Virus record (IMG/VR): IMGVR_UViG_3300042922_001018
Source: a virus
Lineage: Duplodnaviria > Heunggongvirae > Uroviricota > Caudoviricetes
DNA length: 64,000 nt
Reading direction: 5' to 3' (one strand)
Below are positions 19,714 through 28,397 of the stretch, in pieces. A program made the translations under genes and the position numbers. Within the stretch, counting starts at the first letter, position 1. The number at the start of each line of letters is the position of its first letter. The notes under the pieces were generated by a model. That model was not told where the DNA came from and did no database searches. It saw nothing but the letters and a program-made list of their open reading frames with translations.

Positions 19714-20208
19714 TTACAGCGCGCCGAACGCGGTGGCCACGTTCGCTGCGTTGATGCCGGTCGGCAGGGTGCCGGGCACGGACTCGGTGATGGTCGTCGA
19801 GGCCGAGGTACGGACGTACTTCGTACCCGAAGCCGACTTGGTCATGGCGACCCAGCCGCTCGGCGACGCGAAGAGGCGGATGGGGTTGCCCGCGGTCGGC
19901 GTGAAGCCGATGGACGAACCGCTCAGGGCGGTCAGCGCGGTGGCCTGGGTGTAGGTGCCGACACCTTCACCCGCGTAGGAGTCACGCTCGGCGAGGAACG
20001 CGGCCTGGGCGGTCGCGATGCGGTCGAGGTCACCCTTCGCGTTCAGGTTGTTCGCGTTCGCGATGAAGCCGCTGATGGCGAAGGAGCCACCGACGAGCAG
20101 GATGAGCGTGATGGCGATACCCGCGATGATGAGGATGGGGTCGGTTGCACCGCGCTCTTCGCGGAGGCGTGCGATTTCGGCCTTCTTGGCCTTCAGCTTG
20201 TCAAGCAT
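19714..20208 (-). CDS. type IV pilin-like protein (copy 2)
   Basis: Start MLDKLKAKK at 20208; conserved N-terminus. Confidence 0.9.
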   Translation of the reverse strand: MLDKLKAKKAEIARLREERGATDPILIIAGIAITLILLVGGSFAISGFIANANNLNAKGDLDRIATAQAAFLAERDSYAGEGVGTYTQATALTALSGSSIGFTPTAGNPIRLFASPSGWVAMTKSASGTKYVRTSASTTITESVPGTLPTGINAANVATAFGAL

Positions 20209-20256
20209 GTGTGTGGTTCCTTTGTAGGTTGGTGTGGAGAGCTTGTCCCTCCACCT

Positions 20257-20280
20257 AGTAAATGTACAGGTGTGTTCCAC
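20257..20280 (-). promoter_or_regulatory. conserved pilin upstream motif
   Basis: GTGGAACACACCTGTACATTTACT, identical to the 19567 copy. Confidence 0.75.
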
Positions 20281-20318
20281 AAAATGTGAACGAGGTGTAA
20301 CAAGACGATTGCATAATG

Positions 20319-20362
20319 CACAAGGAAGGCTCCCCAGCCGAAGCCAGGGAGCCTTCCTTGTG
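20319..20362 (-). terminator. hairpin after pilin copy 1
   Basis: cacaaggaaggctccc / gggagccttccttgtg. Confidence 0.75.
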
Positions 20363-20377
20363 GTGCGACGCTGCTAC

Positions 20378-20935
20378 TTAGCCAGCGGTGCGGATGTCAG
20401 TGACGATGGCCTGGACTGCGGCCAGGTCGATGCCCGTCGGGTACGTCAGAGCCGGGGAGATGGTGGTTCCCGATGCTCCAGCCGAGGCGATGGTGGTGCC
20501 GGTGGAGCTGCGTACGAAGACTTCGCCCGAGTTCGAGCGAGTCACAGCGACCCAACCCGAGTTGTTGGTGCCCACGACGACCTTGGTGCTGTTGCCAGCG
20601 GTCGGCGTGAAGCCGATGGAAGAAGTCTGGAGCTGGGTGTTGGCCTGGACGCCCGCGGTGGCGGAGTCTGCGTCCACGTTCGGTCCTACGACGAGGACTC
20701 CGTAGCCGTCCTTCTCGGCGAGGAATGCGGCCTGGGCAGTCGCGATGCGGTCGAGGTCACCCTTCGCGTTGAGGTTGTTCGCGTTCGCGATGAAGCCGGA
20801 GATGGCGAAGGAGCCACCAACGAGCAGGATGAGGGTAATGGCGATACCCGCGATGATGAGGATGGGGTCCGTTGCACCCCGCTCATCACGCAGACGCGCG
20901 ATTTCGGCCTTCTTGGCCTTCAGCTTGTCAAGCAT
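20378..20935 (-). CDS. type IV pilin-like protein (copy 1)
   Basis: MLDKLKAKKAEIARLRDERG|ATDPILIIAG... Confidence 0.9.
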   Translation of the reverse strand: MLDKLKAKKAEIARLRDERGATDPILIIAGIAITLILLVGGSFAISGFIANANNLNAKGDLDRIATAQAAFLAEKDGYGVLVVGPNVDADSATAGVQANTQLQTSSIGFTPTAGNSTKVVVGTNNSGWVAVTRSNSGEVFVRSSTGTTIASAGASGTTISPALTYPTGIDLAAVQAIVTDIRTAG

Positions 20936-20991
20936 GAGTGTAGGTTCTTCCTTGGGTTGGGTATAGCAGAAAGGGCGCTGTGCCCTCCACT

Positions 20992-21015
20992 AGTAAATGT
21001 ACAGGTCAGTTCCAC
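20992..21015 (-). promoter_or_regulatory. conserved pilin upstream motif
   Basis: GTGGAACTGACCTGTACATTTACT. Confidence 0.75.
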
Positions 21016-21055
21016 GCAAAGTGAACGCGCCTGCCAGGAAGAATCTCAACCAGCT

Positions 21056-21850
21056 TTAGAAGATGACGCCCAGTTCCTCGGGTGTGGGTGCGTACATCTG
21101 GCCGAAGTACGGGATGGCGATGACGGCAATGACGGTCGCCAACGCCAGGAAGATGCCGAAGGGGACGCCTGTGTCTCCACCCGCGTTCTTGCGGATGCTC
21201 TTGAACAGCGCGCGCAGCAAGGTCCAGACGGTGCTGGTAAGGAAGGCGAGGAAGAGCCACGCGACGACGGCCAGTGCGCCCACGAGCCAGACAGCTCCCA
21301 TGTCACTCGGATTGTCCGGCGAGATGATGGGCGTACCGTACGCAATGCCGAGGGAACCCACCCAGAACGCCAGCGATGGCGCCAGCTTCACATCCCCCAT
21401 GCCCATCTGCTTCGCGAACAGGAACGAGAGGACGAGGAACACTACGCCGACGGCAAGTGCAATGGCCGCGCCGACGAGGAGGGAGATGACCCAGTGTTCC
21501 GTCTCGTACATGAGAGAGAAGGGGAGCACGACGAGCGAGAAGACGGCCGTGTAGCCCGTCAAGACGTTCGGCAGCGTGCGGTAGTAGTAGTCGGTCGCGG
21601 CGAATAGCGCCAGCAGTCCGAAGAGACCTGCGATAGCCGGAATGAGCGTGTACGCCCCGGTCAGGAACGCGGCCAGAGCTGCGGCGAGACCTGCTACTGT
21701 GCCCATGAGGGGCAGGTTGATGACGTGCTCCGGGTCACGAGGCTTGACGGCGTAGCGTCCAGCGAACACCGTGTGGAGCCAGGCAAACACGGCAGCAGCC
21801 ACAACGGCGGCAAGGAGTATCCAGTCGAACTCAGCAGTCATGACCATCAT
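21056..21850 (-). CDS. pilD: prepilin peptidase (A24 family), apparently without the Zn/methylase domain
   Basis: Multi-TM; first Asp in ATDYYYRTLPN; GMGDVKL; VPFGIFL; no CxxC pairs. Confidence 0.88.
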   Translation of the reverse strand: MMVMTAEFDWILLAAVVAAAVFAWLHTVFAGRYAVKPRDPEHVINLPLMGTVAGLAAALAAFLTGAYTLIPAIAGLFGLLALFAATDYYYRTLPNVLTGYTAVFSLVVLPFSLMYETEHWVISLLVGAAIALAVGVVFLVLSFLFAKQMGMGDVKLAPSLAFWVGSLGIAYGTPIISPDNPSDMGAVWLVGALAVVAWLFLAFLTSTVWTLLRALFKSIRKNAGGDTGVPFGIFLALATVIAVIAIPYFGQMYAPTPEELGVIF

Positions 21851-21889
21851 CCTATCAGTCGTTGCCCAGCTTCAGCGGCGTTCGGCGGG

Positions 21890-22027
21890 TCAGTGGCCGG
21901 AGGTGACCATGGACACTGCCATCACGATTCCCCACGCGCCCATGAGGACCGACACGCCTACGGCGTACAGCACCATTTCGCCAGCGGGAGAGAGGGAGAA
22001 CGAGAGTCGCTTGCTGTCAGTGGTCAT
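21890..22027 (-). CDS. small membrane protein (45 aa, leaderless)
   Basis: TAGGGT-N6-ATG; MTTDSKRLSFSLSPAGEMVLYAVGVSVLMGAWGIVMAVSMVTSGH. Confidence 0.55.
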   Translation of the reverse strand: MTTDSKRLSFSLSPAGEMVLYAVGVSVLMGAWGIVMAVSMVTSGH

Positions 22028-22066
22028 GGCTACACCCTAGCATGGTACGGGGCGGTCCAATCTCTA

Positions 22067-22189
22067 CTACCCGCCGAGAGCTTGCCAGATGAAGTAGCCT
22101 GCTCCCGTGACAAGGATAGCCCCGAATCCAGCGATGAGAGCGACATTCCGCCAACTGATGTCGAGCGGAGGCTTCTCGGTTTTCGTCAT
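22067..22189 (-). CDS. small membrane protein (40 aa)
   Basis: MTKTEKPPLDISWRNVALIAGFGAILVTGAGYFIWQALGG; ATGA-coupled to the upstream gene. Confidence 0.55.
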   Translation of the reverse strand: MTKTEKPPLDISWRNVALIAGFGAILVTGAGYFIWQALGG

Positions 22190-22593
22190 GCGTTCTCTCC
22201 GAGCAGAGTGTAACCCTTCAAGATGTCCCGCAGGCGCCAGCGCAGAAGCTCGTAGCGGTGCTTGGTACGCGCGTTGCTGAGCACGTAGTCTCGGTCGCGG
22301 CCGACCTCGTCTTCGATGACCAGTGGCGCGTCGAACTGCGAGCGGGTGAGGTCGATGATGGTGCCGTCTTCGAGGCGGTTCCAGTAGTGGGACTCGCCGT
22401 TGACGAGCGCCCGTCGTAGCTCTCCACCGAGGATGTCCTGGACGATGAGGGCGGTCACGGCACAGTGCCCGGCTTCGGGGCGGTCGTAGGACCAGTTGTC
22501 AGCGGCGCTGGTGTCAGCGACCCATCCCTGCTCGATGAGATGCCAGAGGCCAACAGCCTGCGGGGTGGGAACGAGGTTCAGAGCGCGTGTCAT
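22186..22593 (-). CDS. YunG-like protein
   Basis: GHCAVTALIVQDILGG...SHYWN...IDLTRSQF (Cys-His-Asp). Confidence 0.75.
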   Translation of the reverse strand: MTRALNLVPTPQAVGLWHLIEQGWVADTSAADNWSYDRPEAGHCAVTALIVQDILGGELRRALVNGESHYWNRLEDGTIIDLTRSQFDAPLVIEDEVGRDRDYVLSNARTKHRYELLRWRLRDILKGYTLLGENA

Positions 22594-22727
22594 GAGACGA
22601 CTTTACCATGTACTCAGACGAATGGCACGGAGCTGCGCCGTTGGGAGCTTCGTGCCATTCGTACCCACACTCTTGGGTGGGTGTACATCTTCAGTTTACT
22701 ACGCCAAGGTCGAGAAGTGGAGCGCGT

Positions 22728-22859
22728 TCATCCGCCGAACAGAGCGGAACAGATGACGGTGACGATGCCGCTGAGGACCACGACTGCGAACAGCCCAAGG
22801 AAGACATCGCCTGCGTGGCCGATGTGCGTGTCGGCGAGCTTGTCGTGAGTGTTGGTCAT
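22728..22859 (-). CDS. small membrane protein (43 aa, leaderless)
   Basis: TACAGT-N6-ATG; single hydrophobic helix. Confidence 0.5.
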   Translation of the reverse strand: MTNTHDKLADTHIGHAGDVFLGLFAVVVLSGIVTVICSALFGG

Positions 22860-22874
22860 AGCCCGACTGTAACA

Positions 22875-22911
22875 TGAACGGCCCCGACTCGCAATGAGCC
22901 GGGGCCGTTCA
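22875..22911 (-). terminator. hairpin after the LPxTG gene
   Basis: tgaacggccccg / cggggccgttca. Confidence 0.7.
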
Positions 22912-22922
22912 GAGGGCGAACC

Positions 22923-23558
22923 TCAGAGGGCGGTGTTGTTCTGGTGACGACGCACGGTGGCGCCGACGGCGATGGCGCCACCCGCGAGCACGAGGGCACC
23001 TCCACCGACCCAGAGGCCGAGGAGACTGTTCGCGTCGATACCGGTCGGCGGCAGGGCGTTCTCAGCGGCGGTGTTGCTGGTTCCGTCAGCCGCGACGGCG
23101 GACGAGACGGTGAACGATGCGCTGACGCCCTGCGGGAGGGACGGCGAGGTGGCGATGACCGTGTACGGGCCGCTGGCGTTCGCGGGCAGCGTGATGGTCA
23201 CAGGCGCAAGCGAACCATCGGCGGTCGCGGTACGCTCGCCGAGCACCTGTCGTTCGACGGCGGCTGCGCGAATCATTGCCATCGTCGCTGCGGAGGCGTT
23301 CTCGCCCTCCAGGGTGACGGTGACGGTCTCACCCGGCTCGAAGGTGTCAGGCGTGGCGGAGAACTCGACGCTGCCACCGGGCGTGACGGTGCTGCTGGAG
23401 AGCAGCGCATCCGGTCCGAGGTCGGCGTAGGCGTGAGCTGCGGTGGGGACCGCGAGAGTGGCCGCTGCGACGATAGTCAGCGCTGCGGCGGTCTTCGCAA
23501 GCTTGTGGCGAGCAGAGACGGCTAGGGCGTTCTTTCCGGTGGCGGTTGAGATAGACAT
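22923..23558 (-). CDS. sortase-anchored (LPxTG) surface protein
   Basis: Signal peptide ending AHA; C-terminal LPPTG + TM helix + RRH. Confidence 0.85.
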   Translation of the reverse strand: MSISTATGKNALAVSARHKLAKTAAALTIVAAATLAVPTAAHAYADLGPDALLSSSTVTPGGSVEFSATPDTFEPGETVTVTLEGENASAATMAMIRAAAVERQVLGERTATADGSLAPVTITLPANASGPYTVIATSPSLPQGVSASFTVSSAVAADGTSNTAAENALPPTGIDANSLLGLWVGGGALVLAGGAIAVGATVRRHQNNTAL

Positions 23559-23611
23559 GTGACCAGCCTATCAGACATCTATGAGTTTGCCGAATCCTTG
23601 GGTCAGAAGGC

Positions 23612-25270
23612 TTAGCTAGCGTCCGACAGACTCAGCATTCTGCACTGTGGGCACTTTCTGCCTCGCTTAGTCCGCTCGAAGACCTTCGACTCCCAGGTGT
23701 GTCCGTTCTCGCACTCCCACTTCACGACTTTCCCGGACCCGATGAGCGTCTCGTCGGGCGAGATGTCGGTGCTCCGCCATTCGTCGAGAAGCTCGGGCGC
23801 GGAGACGGTGACGCTCATGACAACGGGGTTCTTGCGGTCGCGTCGGTAGACGGCTCCGCCACAGTCCCAGGCCTTCTCGTACTCCTCGCCATTATTCACT
23901 TCGACGGCGTCAGGCGCGTAGCGTGTGCTGCCTTTCACGAGCGTATAGCGCGGGTTGAGCTTGTTTCGGACGGTGAACCCGTTGGCTCCGAGCGTGACCC
24001 GCTGCGAGCGCTCGTTGTTGTCGTCGTAGAGGATATGGTCGTAGCCGGTGACTGTAGCTTCGAGGTAGGTGATGAACGCTTCGAGGTAGCGAGTGTCTGC
24101 TCCGTCGGCGGCGTATCGTTCGATGCGCAGCGCACGTTCCACGGTCTTGCGGTAGACGATGACAGCGAAGAGCTTCCCATCTCCGTGCGCGCCGACAGCG
24201 ATGAGCGGGTAGCTCTTGGAAGAGTTCTGACCGATGGGCGTTTCGAGCGAACGCTCGGTGAGGTACGCATTCGCTTCGTCGAGCGTGATGTTGTCGAGGT
24301 GCAGTGTGCCGGGCGTCTTCAGGTTGAGCATGGAGCGCAGCACGGCTTCGGCGCCGGTCCGACGGACCTTCCAGTCGTCTTCCCAGATGGTGATGAGGTT
24401 GATGCCTTGACCGGCGCAGGCTTCTGCCTTGTTCGCGTGGTAGTGCTCGGTCTTCCCGAACTTCTCGGTGTGCCAGTAGACTCCGTTGGCTTCGATGGCG
24501 ATACTGCGGCCGGGGATGTACATGTCGAGTTCGCGGTTCTTCACGACACTGCGAGCCGTAGGCGTGATGTCCTCATTGGGCAGGGTTTCACGAACGAGCG
24601 CGAGAATGTCTCGCTCGAAGATGGAGGAGAACTCCTTGCGCACACAGGTGTTGCACCCGCGGTTGTCACGCGTCCGATTGAATACGCGCGTCTTCCAGGT
24701 ATGCCCGTTCGCGCATGTCCACTGGACCATGATGTTCGAGTTGGGGAGGAGCTGGTCGGCGGTGTAGTTCTCGTCGTCGAGTTCAGCGGCGATGTCTGGG
24801 AACTTGGTGGCGAGGTCGTTGTTGCCGGGGACCACGACTTTCCCCGAGCATGCGGGGCATCCACGACCGGCTGTGCGATGGGAGACACGGGCTTGCCATT
24901 GGTAGCTGCATGTATCACAATGCCATATGAACTGGACTTTGGTTCCTACAGGAACGGTAGAAGGGTCGTGCTTCCCCAACGGGTCTTTTGCGAATTGGGC
25001 TGCGATGTCCGGTCGCAGCGTAGCGAGGTCGTTCACGCCTGCGACGATGACGCGACCTGCGCATACGGGGCAGCCTAGGCCTTCACGGGCGCGTCGAAAT
25101 ACGCTGGCTTCAGAGGCCTGCCCGCACATGGCGCATAGCCACTTAGCACGGTAATCCGAACCGGAAGAGACCTGTGCCGGAGACTTTGTGTTGTCAGGGT
25201 GCCAGAGCGCGGCGAGGTGCGGGTGAGTGGTCGCGATGTCATTCACGCCGGTAACGACTGAGGTGGGCAT
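23612..25270 (-). CDS. zinc-ribbon repeat (DUF4379-like) + PD-(D/E)xK nuclease; homing-endonuclease-like
   Basis: Four NDLAT..P / W.C..GH.W...V..R...GCP.C repeats; ELDMYIP...IAIEANGVYWH nuclease motif. Confidence 0.75.
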   Translation of the reverse strand: MPTSVVTGVNDIATTHPHLAALWHPDNTKSPAQVSSGSDYRAKWLCAMCGQASEASVFRRAREGLGCPVCAGRVIVAGVNDLATLRPDIAAQFAKDPLGKHDPSTVPVGTKVQFIWHCDTCSYQWQARVSHRTAGRGCPACSGKVVVPGNNDLATKFPDIAAELDDENYTADQLLPNSNIMVQWTCANGHTWKTRVFNRTRDNRGCNTCVRKEFSSIFERDILALVRETLPNEDITPTARSVVKNRELDMYIPGRSIAIEANGVYWHTEKFGKTEHYHANKAEACAGQGINLITIWEDDWKVRRTGAEAVLRSMLNLKTPGTLHLDNITLDEANAYLTERSLETPIGQNSSKSYPLIAVGAHGDGKLFAVIVYRKTVERALRIERYAADGADTRYLEAFITYLEATVTGYDHILYDDNNERSQRVTLGANGFTVRNKLNPRYTLVKGSTRYAPDAVEVNNGEEYEKAWDCGGAVYRRDRKNPVVMSVTVSAPELLDEWRSTDISPDETLIGSGKVVKWECENGHTWESKVFERTKRGRKCPQCRMLSLSDAS

Positions 25271-25300
25271 GCTAACAGTCTAGCATGCCCACCTCAGTCG
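25255..25300 (-). promoter_or_regulatory. 20-bp hairpin covering the -10 box and ATG of the nuclease gene; also the likely pilC terminator
   Basis: cgactgaggtgggcatgcta-acagtc-tagcatgcccacctcagtcg. Confidence 0.7.
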
Positions 25301-25313
25301 GTCCGAACCTACA

Positions 25314-26738
25314 TCATACTTCCGTCAAACCAAGGAACATATCGTAAATTGGCAGGTACGTGGACACGATGACCAGGACCATGATGAGACCCACGGCGCC
25401 GTTCGCGATAGGCTGGAGAGCCGTGGTGAGGTTCTCCGTGCGCTTGTGCGCTTCACGTCGGTAGAAGTCGGTGAGGTTCGCGAGCGCCTTGATTTCAGAA
25501 CCGGAGTCGAAACCGTTGCGCATGATGAAGCCAGCGGACGGCGGGATGAGGTAGCCGTCGGCGACGCCTGCGAAGTCGGAAGTACCGTTGTCCATGCGGC
25601 GGATGTGCGCGAGAAGGTGGTACTTGTACGCGGCGTTCGAGGAGGCTTCCGCAGCCGTCTTCAGTGCCTCGCGGTCGGACATACCGACTTCGAGGAGACC
25701 TGACAGGATGGAGAACACCTGGACGAGACGCTGCGACTGGAGCACCTTACCGAGGATGGGCACCTTCACGCTCATCCGGCCCAGCTTCATGCGAAGCCGC
25801 TCGTTGTAACGTCCCCAGAACTTGTAGTAGATGAACCACGAGATGCCCGAGACGATGGCGATAGCACCGACCCAGATGAGGCCCGTTCCGAGGTCCATGA
25901 CGAACTGAGACAGCGGCGGAAGCGGCTTGCCGAGGGACTCGAACATGTCCGCGAACACCGGCAGAACGAACAGGATGACCGCGTAGAGGAACAGGATGAT
26001 GACCGTGAAGAGGATGATGGGCTGCATGGTCGCGGACTTGATTTTCTGCTTCAAGTCCTGGCCTTCCAGCATGATTTCCGCGCCCTTCTTCAGGTTCACG
26101 GCCTCCGCACCGGACTGGGCACCAACGTGCAGAAGGTCCGCCACGATGCGAGGGAAAATCTTCTCCTCCTCGCGCATAGCGGCGGAGAACGACTTCTGAC
26201 CAGACGCGACAAGCTGGTACATGCGGGCGTAGGCGTTGCCCAGCTCGGTCTTCTTGTACTGCTCTGCCAGCGTCGCGAGCGGCCGTGTCTCACCACGGGC
26301 CGTTTCGAGCATTAGAGCGAGGATGCGGAGGGACTCCGCTACCTCAACCGGCTTGACGTTCTTGTCGAACTCCAGCCATTGCGGGCGGCGGGAAACCTTC
26401 TCCTTGACGGGACGCGCAGCCTTCTCGATGAGTTCGCGGAGAATCTTGTCCTGCTGCGCCTTCTGCGAGGCTTCGCGAGCTTCCAGCTTCTCGCGGTTCT
26501 TCTCCGAGGTCTTGCGCTGCTTCTCCAGACCGGCGCGTTCGCGAGCGAGCTGAGCCTCGGTCTGGACCTTCGGCTGCTTGGCAGCTTCGGTGTCGCGCTT
26601 GCCCTGTTCCTTCTGGTTTCGGGCGCGCTCCTTCTCCATCCGAGCCTGCTCTTTTGCGAACTCCTTGTCGCGCTTCGCCTGCTCCTTAGGGGACAGGTCG
26701 GAAACGACTCCGGGCGGGGTGTCCGGGTTAAGCGTCAT
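25314..26738 (-). CDS. pilC: PilC/GspF-family pilus platform protein
   Basis: Two T2SSF repeats; IKSATMQP-TM-VLPVFADMF..LP.LS; KVPILG; C-terminal LQP...TYLPIY. Confidence 0.9.
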   Translation of the reverse strand: MTLNPDTPPGVVSDLSPKEQAKRDKEFAKEQARMEKERARNQKEQGKRDTEAAKQPKVQTEAQLARERAGLEKQRKTSEKNREKLEAREASQKAQQDKILRELIEKAARPVKEKVSRRPQWLEFDKNVKPVEVAESLRILALMLETARGETRPLATLAEQYKKTELGNAYARMYQLVASGQKSFSAAMREEEKIFPRIVADLLHVGAQSGAEAVNLKKGAEIMLEGQDLKQKIKSATMQPIILFTVIILFLYAVILFVLPVFADMFESLGKPLPPLSQFVMDLGTGLIWVGAIAIVSGISWFIYYKFWGRYNERLRMKLGRMSVKVPILGKVLQSQRLVQVFSILSGLLEVGMSDREALKTAAEASSNAAYKYHLLAHIRRMDNGTSDFAGVADGYLIPPSAGFIMRNGFDSGSEIKALANLTDFYRREAHKRTENLTTALQPIANGAVGLIMVLVIVSTYLPIYDMFLGLTEV

Positions 26739-26807
26739 GGGTGTTCTCCTGGTCAGAAATCTAGGCCTACTCTATCACCCTGCGGCAACTCTCAGCGACG
26801 GGGAGGT

Positions 26808-27650
26808 TCAGTCCTTCCACACCTTGACTTGCTCGATGAGAAGAGTGTCCGTGTCCAACAGCCAGGTGTTGCGATTCGTCCATTCCAGCTCGGTACCACG
26901 CACAAGGGTCTGGAAGCCGCCCTCCCCTTCCGCGTGGTCGAAACTCACGAGCCGGTTGATGAAGTGATGCCAGTGGCCGTGCCAGAACTGGGCTGGCATC
27001 ACTTCGCGGAACACGCGGTCAAGCTGCGCACGGCTCTGGTTCGCGTAAGTGAGTTCCTCCGCACGCCAACCACCCGCTCGGGAGAGGGCGTCGAGTTCCG
27101 CAATGCCGAACGGCGCGTCATGCGCCAGCATGATGTCCATAGCGATGCCGATGCGTCGCAGCTTGCCGATGCGCTCGATGATGCGGTCCGCCTGAGCGGG
27201 CGTGATGTTCTCCTGGAGCCACCAGTCGAACCCGACCTTCCGATATCGGAAGTCGATGCTGGAAGCCCCGCCGAGAGCAAGACCGTGGAGGACGCCGTCT
27301 TCGCGCGCAGCGCTCGGGCGCTCGAATACGTAGCCGCGCGGCAGAATGTTCAGTCGGCCGCGGCGCCGGATGCCTTCGTCGTTGTGGAGTTCCGGCTCAT
27401 CCTCGACCTGCTTCTCAATCCAGTCGTAGCCTTCGTGGTTCCCGAGTACGACGTTCATGGTCAGCTCGCTCTTATCGAGCCAGTAGTTGAGGCTGTTCGC
27501 GTATGCGTTCGCGTCGGAGTAGCGGCCGAAGCCCAGGCCGAGGTCACCGAGGTGGAAGATTTCTTCCGCCCCGGCGCGCTTGAAGGCAGGGATGGCGCGT
27601 TGCGCCCACTTGATGTTCCCGTGCCAGTCTCCCGCTATTCCGATGAGCAT
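26808..27650 (-). CDS. calcineurin-like metallophosphoesterase
   Basis: GDWHG, HLGDLG, GNHE, AHDAP, HGHWH. Confidence 0.88.
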   Translation of the reverse strand: MLIGIAGDWHGNIKWAQRAIPAFKRAGAEEIFHLGDLGLGFGRYSDANAYANSLNYWLDKSELTMNVVLGNHEGYDWIEKQVEDEPELHNDEGIRRRGRLNILPRGYVFERPSAAREDGVLHGLALGGASSIDFRYRKVGFDWWLQENITPAQADRIIERIGKLRRIGIAMDIMLAHDAPFGIAELDALSRAGGWRAEELTYANQSRAQLDRVFREVMPAQFWHGHWHHFINRLVSFDHAEGEGGFQTLVRGTELEWTNRNTWLLDTDTLLIEQVKVWKD

Positions 27651-27695
27651 GTCAGCAGTCTACAGGAGCTTCGAGACTCAGCGAGTAGCCCGGTT

Positions 27696-28397
27696 CTAGA
27701 GCAGTAACTCTTTCACGTACTCCGGCGCGACGCCCTCTTCCAGAACGAGTCTCACCGTGGAGAACGGTAGCCCTCCTTCGGGCGGGATGACACCTTCGCT
27801 TACCGGGTTGCCAATCAGAGCGAAGACTGTCCGCGACAAGTCGTCTGGGGTGGCTCCTGAGTTCACAAGCCACAGAAGGTCATCCGTGCTCCACCGATGC
27901 GCGTAGTGCCCGAAGACGATGCCCGGCCACCCAGCGGCGAACTGAGCGGAGCGCGCGAACTTCCCCTTGCTGAACCAGCGGGCCGCGGTCATAATCTCCG
28001 GCGGCGCCATGCCGTAGTGGGAAACGAACAGCATCAAGTACGTGAGGCGCTGCGATGCCGTACGGTTCTCGACGCGCCGTGTCTGAGACCAGGCTACCGC
28101 TCGGGTGGTCTCACTGACCTCGTCTCGGGTAAACCCCGTCAGCTTCCACGGGTCGTCGATGTAGAGGTTCAGGTTGACGTTGTTGTCGTTTATCGCGAGC
28201 AGGGCAGCCGTCTCGAAGTCTTCGAGGAACCGACCGGCGCCGCGCAGCCAGGCCATGTTCGACTCTGTACCGGGGCTGGAGCTGCTGGCGGTACAGAGCG
28301 TGCGTAGAGCTGGCGCGTCTACGTGTCTGAACGCCTCTGCATAGCTGTAGACAGGACGGAACAGTCGGAATACGGGACGTTCGAGTTCACGCTTCAT
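27696..28397 (-). CDS. hypothetical protein, paralog pair B
   Basis: Shares YIxDPWKLTG, GMAP and LPFS...PEY with the neighbour. Confidence 0.7.
   Translation of the reverse strand: MKRELERPVFRLFRPVYSYAEAFRHVDAPALRTLCTASSSSPGTESNMAWLRGAGRFLEDFETAALLAINDNNVNLNLYIDDPWKLTGFTRDEVSETTRAVAWSQTRRVENRTASQRLTYLMLFVSHYGMAPPEIMTAARWFSKGKFARSAQFAAGWPGIVFGHYAHRWSTDDLLWLVNSGATPDDLSRTVFALIGNPVSEGVIPPEGGLPFSTVRLVLEEGVAPEYVKELLL

Noticed and set aside
16627-20935. Shufflon, invertible cassette or DGR explanation for pilin diversity
   Set aside because: All copies are co-oriented and complete; no recombinase, reverse transcriptase, inverted crossover sites or adenine-specific variation seen in the window
18827-21020. 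CRISPR-like repeat array
   Set aside because: The repeats are 700-bp-spaced upstream motifs of duplicated genes; no cas genes and no short spacers
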